Source: an uncultured Actinomycetota bacterium (lineage in GTDB: Bacteria > Actinomycetota > Actinomycetes > Actinomycetales > Microbacteriaceae). Taken from it: 64,000 nt of DNA. Numbering within the stretch: the stretch's first letter is position 1; each line of letters starts with the position of its first letter. Made by a program: the position numbers and the translations under genes. Below, in pieces: positions 60,255-64,000 of the stretch. The notes beneath the pieces are model-generated. The model worked only from the letters and a program-made list of their open reading frames with translations, did no database searches and was not told where the DNA came from. The stretch covers positions 143,482-207,481 of the forward strand of contig CAWGQN010000001.1 in the NCBI GenBank assembly GCA_963824885.1. Reading direction: 5' to 3'.

Positions 60255-61409
60255 CTACGCGATGCAGTTACTTTCTCCGTCATTCGCCGTGGTCCGCGCA
60301 AGCCACGAGGCAATCGTGTCGTTGAAGCGCTGATGATCTACGTTGTACTCGCACGCGTGGTCGGCGGCAGGAAACTCGACGAGTTCGACCGTTTCAGCGT
60401 TCACTTGGCGGAATCGGCGTGACAGCCCCAGAGGAATTTCGGTGTCGCCCGCGGAATGGATCACGAGGCACGGCTTGGAAAGGCGCGGGGCTGATACCCA
60501 ATCAAGTGCGTCGAGGTTGAGGGGAACCGGTAAGCCAACAAGCTTGCTGAGAAGAGCGCTTTCCAGCGTGCGTGCGGTGAGGTTCCCCAGCACCGACGGC
60601 AATTGTGCCCGCGCGACACCCGCACAGATGATGCTGCGCCAATCCGTCGCCGGCGCAATAAGGACGAGTCCGGAGATGAGATTTCGGTAGGAGGATCGCT
60701 CGCTTAACAGCAACGCAATCCCCGCGCCCATTGACCAACCAAAGAGAATGATCGATTTCGCGCCATTATGAGCGGCGTAAGCCACCGCAGCCTCAACATC
60801 AGACCACTCGGTTTGCGCAAGGGTAGAAATCCCTTTGGCTGTAGGGGGGCCGTCGCCGTCGCCGCGAAACGAAGGCACCAGCGCGACATGACCCGCCTCT
60901 AAGGCAACCGGAATCGTGCGCAGTGCGGTCACTCGGGAGGTTCGTATCCCGTGAATGTGGATGCTCCAAATCTCGCCGCGAGAACTAGGCGGCTCGAAGA
61001 GCCACGCGGGGGCTGTTCCTCCTGCGATTCCGATGCTGACTTCGCGATGGTTCACCCCGATGTCGTGAGGAGTCGCAAAGACGTGGCCTGTCCAGCGGCC
61101 TTGTCGGGCACCGATGGATTTTCCGATTGTGCGCAGCACCGTTCGCTCAACGGTTCCAGCGTCTTTGTCCAACCGCACGATCCCACCGACACGAATGTGG
61201 GCACCCGTGCGATCAATCCACAACCCGAACTCCCCCGCACGGCTCGTTTTCGCATTGATGTCGAGAATCACGCTGTGCCCAGAAATCGCGTGGATTCGCA
61301 CAAGTTTCGGGTTCCGTTGTCCGACTACCCGGTGTGCGAGAAGTAACCCCGTGATTGGGTACAGTGCCAGGGCACAAAAGCCGGTAAGGAACGTCCGAAT
61401 TCTCATCAT
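60255..61409 (-). CDS. alpha/beta hydrolase with N-terminal membrane anchor
   Basis: N-terminal TM FLTGFCALALYPITGLLLA, nucleophile elbow FGWSMGA, and downstream D and H (AADHACE) candidates. Confidence 0.75.
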   Translation of the reverse strand: MMRIRTFLTGFCALALYPITGLLLAHRVVGQRNPKLVRIHAISGHSVILDINAKTSRAGEFGLWIDRTGAHIRVGGIVRLDKDAGTVERTVLRTIGKSIGARQGRWTGHVFATPHDIGVNHREVSIGIAGGTAPAWLFEPPSSRGEIWSIHIHGIRTSRVTALRTIPVALEAGHVALVPSFRGDGDGPPTAKGISTLAQTEWSDVEAAVAYAAHNGAKSIILFGWSMGAGIALLLSERSSYRNLISGLVLIAPATDWRSIICAGVARAQLPSVLGNLTARTLESALLSKLVGLPVPLNLDALDWVSAPRLSKPCLVIHSAGDTEIPLGLSRRFRQVNAETVELVEFPAADHACEYNVDHQRFNDTIASWLARTTANDGESNCIA

Positions 61410-61455
61410 CGCTGTTCTCCACAGGGGCTGCTGTAGCTTTTGTTGACTTTTTGGT

Positions 61456-62331
61456 TTAGGCCGCCTGGGTGGCGGCTGGTCTTATTGTCTCGTATTCGAT
61501 GGGTGTGAGTTTCCCGAGGGCGCGTTGTCGGCGCCTGCGGTGGTAGGTGGCTTCAATCCACGTGATGATCGCGAGGCGGAGGTCTTCCCGGTTCTGCCAA
61601 CGCCGGGTGTTCAGGACGTTGTTTTGCAGCAGCGAGAAAAACGATTCCATTGCGGCGTTATCAGCGCACGCACCGACCCTTCCCATCGATCCGACGAGCC
61701 CGTTGTTCTTGAGCGTGCGAACAAACGTTTTCGAACGAAATTGGGACCCCCTGTCCGAGTGGACCACTGTTCGTATCGGGTTGCGGCGTTGGATTGCCAT
61801 TCGGACGGCCCGAACAGCTAGTGATGCTTTCATCCGTGTGTCGATGGAGTACCCGACGATCCGGTTGGAGTGAACATCCTTGACCGCGCACAAATACAGT
61901 TTTCCCTCTTGCGTTGGGTGCTCCGTAATGTCGGTCAACCAAAGCTCGTTCGCTGCTGTTGCGGTGAATACTCGCTTGACTTTGTCGTCGTGCACGGGCG
62001 GACCGGGTGTGCGGTTTCTTCCGCGTTTCTTCGCGAACATGCTCCACAGCTTCTGCTGCGAACACAGGCGCCACACGCGCCGTTCCGAGACGGCGAAGCC
62101 CCGTTGGGCGAGTTCGTCAGCAATGAACCGGTAACCGAACATCGGATCATCACGGTGAACATCCACCGCCGCATTGGTCACGTGAGCGTCGTCCCACGCA
62201 CGGTCACTGACAGGGGTGCGCACCCACCGGTAATACCCCTGCTTCGAGAACTTCAAAACCCGACACGTCACCGCCACCGGCACCCTGATTCGGGCACCGG
62301 CAGCGGCAAGCTCTCTCACGAGCGGGTACAT
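61456..62331 (-). CDS. IS3-family transposase OrfB (DDE integrase core)
   Basis: WLTDITEH...VHSDRGSQFRS...ADNAAMESFF DDE motifs. Confidence 0.92.
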   Translation of the reverse strand: MYPLVRELAAAGARIRVPVAVTCRVLKFSKQGYYRWVRTPVSDRAWDDAHVTNAAVDVHRDDPMFGYRFIADELAQRGFAVSERRVWRLCSQQKLWSMFAKKRGRNRTPGPPVHDDKVKRVFTATAANELWLTDITEHPTQEGKLYLCAVKDVHSNRIVGYSIDTRMKASLAVRAVRMAIQRRNPIRTVVHSDRGSQFRSKTFVRTLKNNGLVGSMGRVGACADNAAMESFFSLLQNNVLNTRRWQNREDLRLAIITWIEATYHRRRRQRALGKLTPIEYETIRPAATQAA

Positions 62332-62648
62332 CAGTTTTTTGGTAACCCCGCCTGCGACAAATACGCGGCAGCCCGCCGAAGAACTTCGTTCTCCTGCTCA
62401 AGCAAACGCATCCGCTTCTTCATCTGACGAATCTCGGCAGCGTCAGCATCGGTAATACCCGGACGAACACCGTCCTCGATATCAGCTCGCTTCAACCACG
62501 TCGCTAACGTCGCATCGCAAATTCCGAAATCCTTCGCTACCTGCGACAACGACGCTTCTTTTCTTCGAGCAACCGCAACAACATCGCAACGAAATTCGAT
62601 CGGGTAAGGCTTAGACATGACACACATCTTTCCACCAAGAACCAACAC
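62331..62648 (-). CDS. IS3-family transposase OrfA (HTH)
   Basis: YPIEFRCDVVAVARRKEASLSQVAKDFGICDATLATWLK followed by a leucine-zipper-like MKKRMRLLEQENEVLRRAAAYL. Confidence 0.92.
   Translation of the reverse strand: MLVLGGKMCVMSKPYPIEFRCDVVAVARRKEASLSQVAKDFGICDATLATWLKRADIEDGVRPGITDADAAEIRQMKKRMRLLEQENEVLRRAAAYLSQAGLPKN
62334..62340 (-). other. programmed -1 ribosomal frameshift site (A AAA AAC)
   Basis: The minus strand reads CCAAAAAACTGATG. A -1 slip joins ...GLPKK to LMYPLVRELAAAG of OrfB, as in other IS3 members. Confidence 0.7.
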
Positions 62649-62696
62649 GGCCCTCAGAGATCAACAGTCAACAAAAGCCTCAGCAGCCCCACACGT

Positions 62697-62968
62697 CGGG
62701 CACACGCGGCTCAGATAGACTCGTGAACGTTCTCCTGATGCTCGCGTTTATGGGAATTATTCCGTTGCCGGTACTCCAGGCCCTCAAGCTTTACGTCAAC
62801 GTCACACCTCTGAGCGTCGGCCACCTCATTTTGCAATACTCCGTTCTCAACCTATTGGGAATCGCTTTTCTTCTTTTGCAGTACACGGGGCGTGAAAGCA
62901 AGAAAATTATTGAGTCCAACGACGCTAGTGATGCGGGCGCCGAAACGGTCTCTCGTGGGAGAAGGTAG
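62697..62968 (+). pseudogene. 5'-truncated copy of the 3' end of the membrane-protein gene at 56702-57560
   Basis: ...VNVLLMLAFMGIIPLPVLQALKLYVNVTPLSVGHLILQYSVLNLLGIAFLLLQYTGRE aligns colinearly with the residues encoded at 57297-57560. Only the last ~85 codons are present, and homology starts a few bp from the IS end. Confidence 0.8.
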
Positions 62969-62977
62969 ATAACCCGC

Positions 62978-63466
62978 ATGGGAATCTCCCCATACTTGAG
63001 CGCGCTGCGCGCGCTTGTGGGCCACACAATGCTTCAAATCCCCTTCGTGACCGCGCTCATTCTGAATGATGAGCGCCACGTTTTTCTTGCCCAGCATGCT
63101 CGAGACGGTCTTTGGGGAACCATAGGCGGCGCCCTCGACCCGGAAGAAAATCCAAAAGCGGGTCTCAAACGAGAAGTGTCCGAGGAAACCGGACTCGACA
63201 TCGTCGTGCACGAGGTGCTTAACGTGCACTGCGGCCCGCACACCACGACACAGTATGCGTCGGGCGACATCGCCAACGCGTTGGCCGTCGTTTACCGGTG
63301 CACTCTCGTCAGTGCGGCGCAGCTGCCGCACCTACAAGCCGATGAAATAGCAAAGGTCGCGTGGTTCTGCGCGGGGGACACTTCTGCACTCCCCCTCAAA
63401 CCCTGGATGAATGCGGTTCTTGACGATTACACTGCGCTCATACGAAGCAAAGAACGCGATAGCTAG
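62978..63466 (+). CDS. NUDIX hydrolase
   Basis: Nudix box GGALDPEENPKAGLKREVSEETGL. Confidence 0.9.
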   Translation: MGISPYLSALRALVGHTMLQIPFVTALILNDERHVFLAQHARDGLWGTIGGALDPEENPKAGLKREVSEETGLDIVVHEVLNVHCGPHTTTQYASGDIANALAVVYRCTLVSAAQLPHLQADEIAKVAWFCAGDTSALPLKPWMNAVLDDYTALIRSKERDS

Positions 63467-63577
63467 AGCATTAGGTCAACCGCGTTCCCGGTCGGGGCGC
63501 CCATTGATGATGGCGGAGTGCGGGAGAACCGTCGCGAGGTGGGTTTCACGGGTAACCAAAGCGTGGAGCAGGATAAA

Positions 63578-63602
63578 AGTCAACAATACCGAGAGCAGCC
63601 CC
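63578..63602. repeat. orphan IS3-type terminal inverted-repeat remnant
   Basis: agtcaacaataccgagagcagcccc versus the IS end agtcaacaaaagcctcagcagcccc. Two 9-nt blocks are identical at the same spacing and in the same orientation as the 62690 end. No transposase gene is adjacent. Confidence 0.6.
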
Positions 63603-63760
63603 AAACTCCGGTCGCTGTTGCGTTTAAAACCGACCGAGCGACGTTTAATCCGAACTCTATTGACATCAATTATCCGGTCCGACACATTGGGAAATGTCAC
63701 TCGATGCCTTCGGTCCTCGAGGCAAAAAACGGTGACACTATCGAAAATTGGGAGGTAATC

Positions 63761-64000
63761 ATGAAATTAAATTCAATCGTTGTCGCGACAGTCGCAACAC
63801 TCTCTCTGGTTCTCGCAAGTGCAGGGACCGCAAACGCTAAGAGTCACTCAGGGACTGCGCGTTTTGATAATGGGCACACTATCACGGCAAACATATGGAT
63901 ACAGTCGCTCTCAGACTTCAGCGGTTGCGGAGATTTTTCCTCTTCCGCGGAGATGACAGCATCCCCGAACTGGATTACAAATCGGACAAAATTCTACCAA
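63761..64000 (+). CDS. hypothetical secreted protein (partial; runs off the window)
   Basis: GGAGG RBS at 63751-63755, then an ATG at 63761. Signal peptide MKLNSIVVATVATLSLVLASAGTANA. The frame stays open to the window end. It is not in the ORF track because it has no stop. Noticeably AT-richer than the backbone. Confidence 0.6.
   Translation, partial: MKLNSIVVATVATLSLVLASAGTANAKSHSGTARFDNGHTITANIWIQSLSDFSGCGDFSSSAEMTASPNWITNRTKFYQ

Larger units (their letters stand above)
61424..62690 (-). mobile_element. IS3-family insertion sequence (1267 bp), apparently intact
   Basis: Terminal inverted repeats are GGGGCTGCTGTAGCTTTTGTTGACT (61424-) and the revcomp of agtcaacaaaagcctcagcagcccc (-62690). 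A 3-bp direct repeat ACA flanks both ends (61421-61423 and 62691-62693). OrfA and OrfB are linked by an A6C slippery site. Confidence 0.9.

Overview
The window is high-GC actinobacterial chromosome, and almost all genes lie on the minus strand. From memory, the housekeeping backbone broadly follows the gene order of other Actinomycetota: ftsY-smc-rnc-rpmF-coaD-recG-thiL-gpsA-plsC-murA-leuDC ... tRNA-Glu/tRNA-Gln-gltX-ilvE-leuB-serA-ilvCNB-ilvD-otsBA, then zwf-like, GH15 and VIT1 genes. Three accessory regions interrupt it.

1. **Region 1-3.9 kb:** a complete lactococcin-972-type bacteriocin operon with the precursor, a large associated membrane protein and an ABC ATPase. Two further ORFs appear translationally coupled to it.
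2. **Region 22.6-35.6 kb:** a 13-kb co-oriented cell-surface island next to tRNA-Glu, and the main candidate for a novel system.
   - It carries five adhesin-like genes built from a two-cysteine ~100-aa repeat domain. One is a 1371-aa protein with 12 tandem repeats and no anchor.
   - The other four have LAxTG-type or deviant (LAASG, LASAG) sorting signals behind Pro-rich stalks.
   - It also carries an ECF sigma factor fused to a zinc anti-sigma (ZAS) domain, and two tandem Tat-signal HExxH metalloprotease paralogs.
   - No sortase gene is present in the window.
3. **Region 56.7-63.7 kb:**
   - A membrane-protein gene is broken at a T8 run, and its 3' end is duplicated about 5.4 kb downstream.
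   - The two copies bracket a NagK-like gene, an XRE/ImmA pair, an alpha/beta hydrolase and an intact IS3-family element.
   - An orphan IS terminal-repeat remnant lies further on.

All family assignments come from motif recognition by eye. No searches were run.
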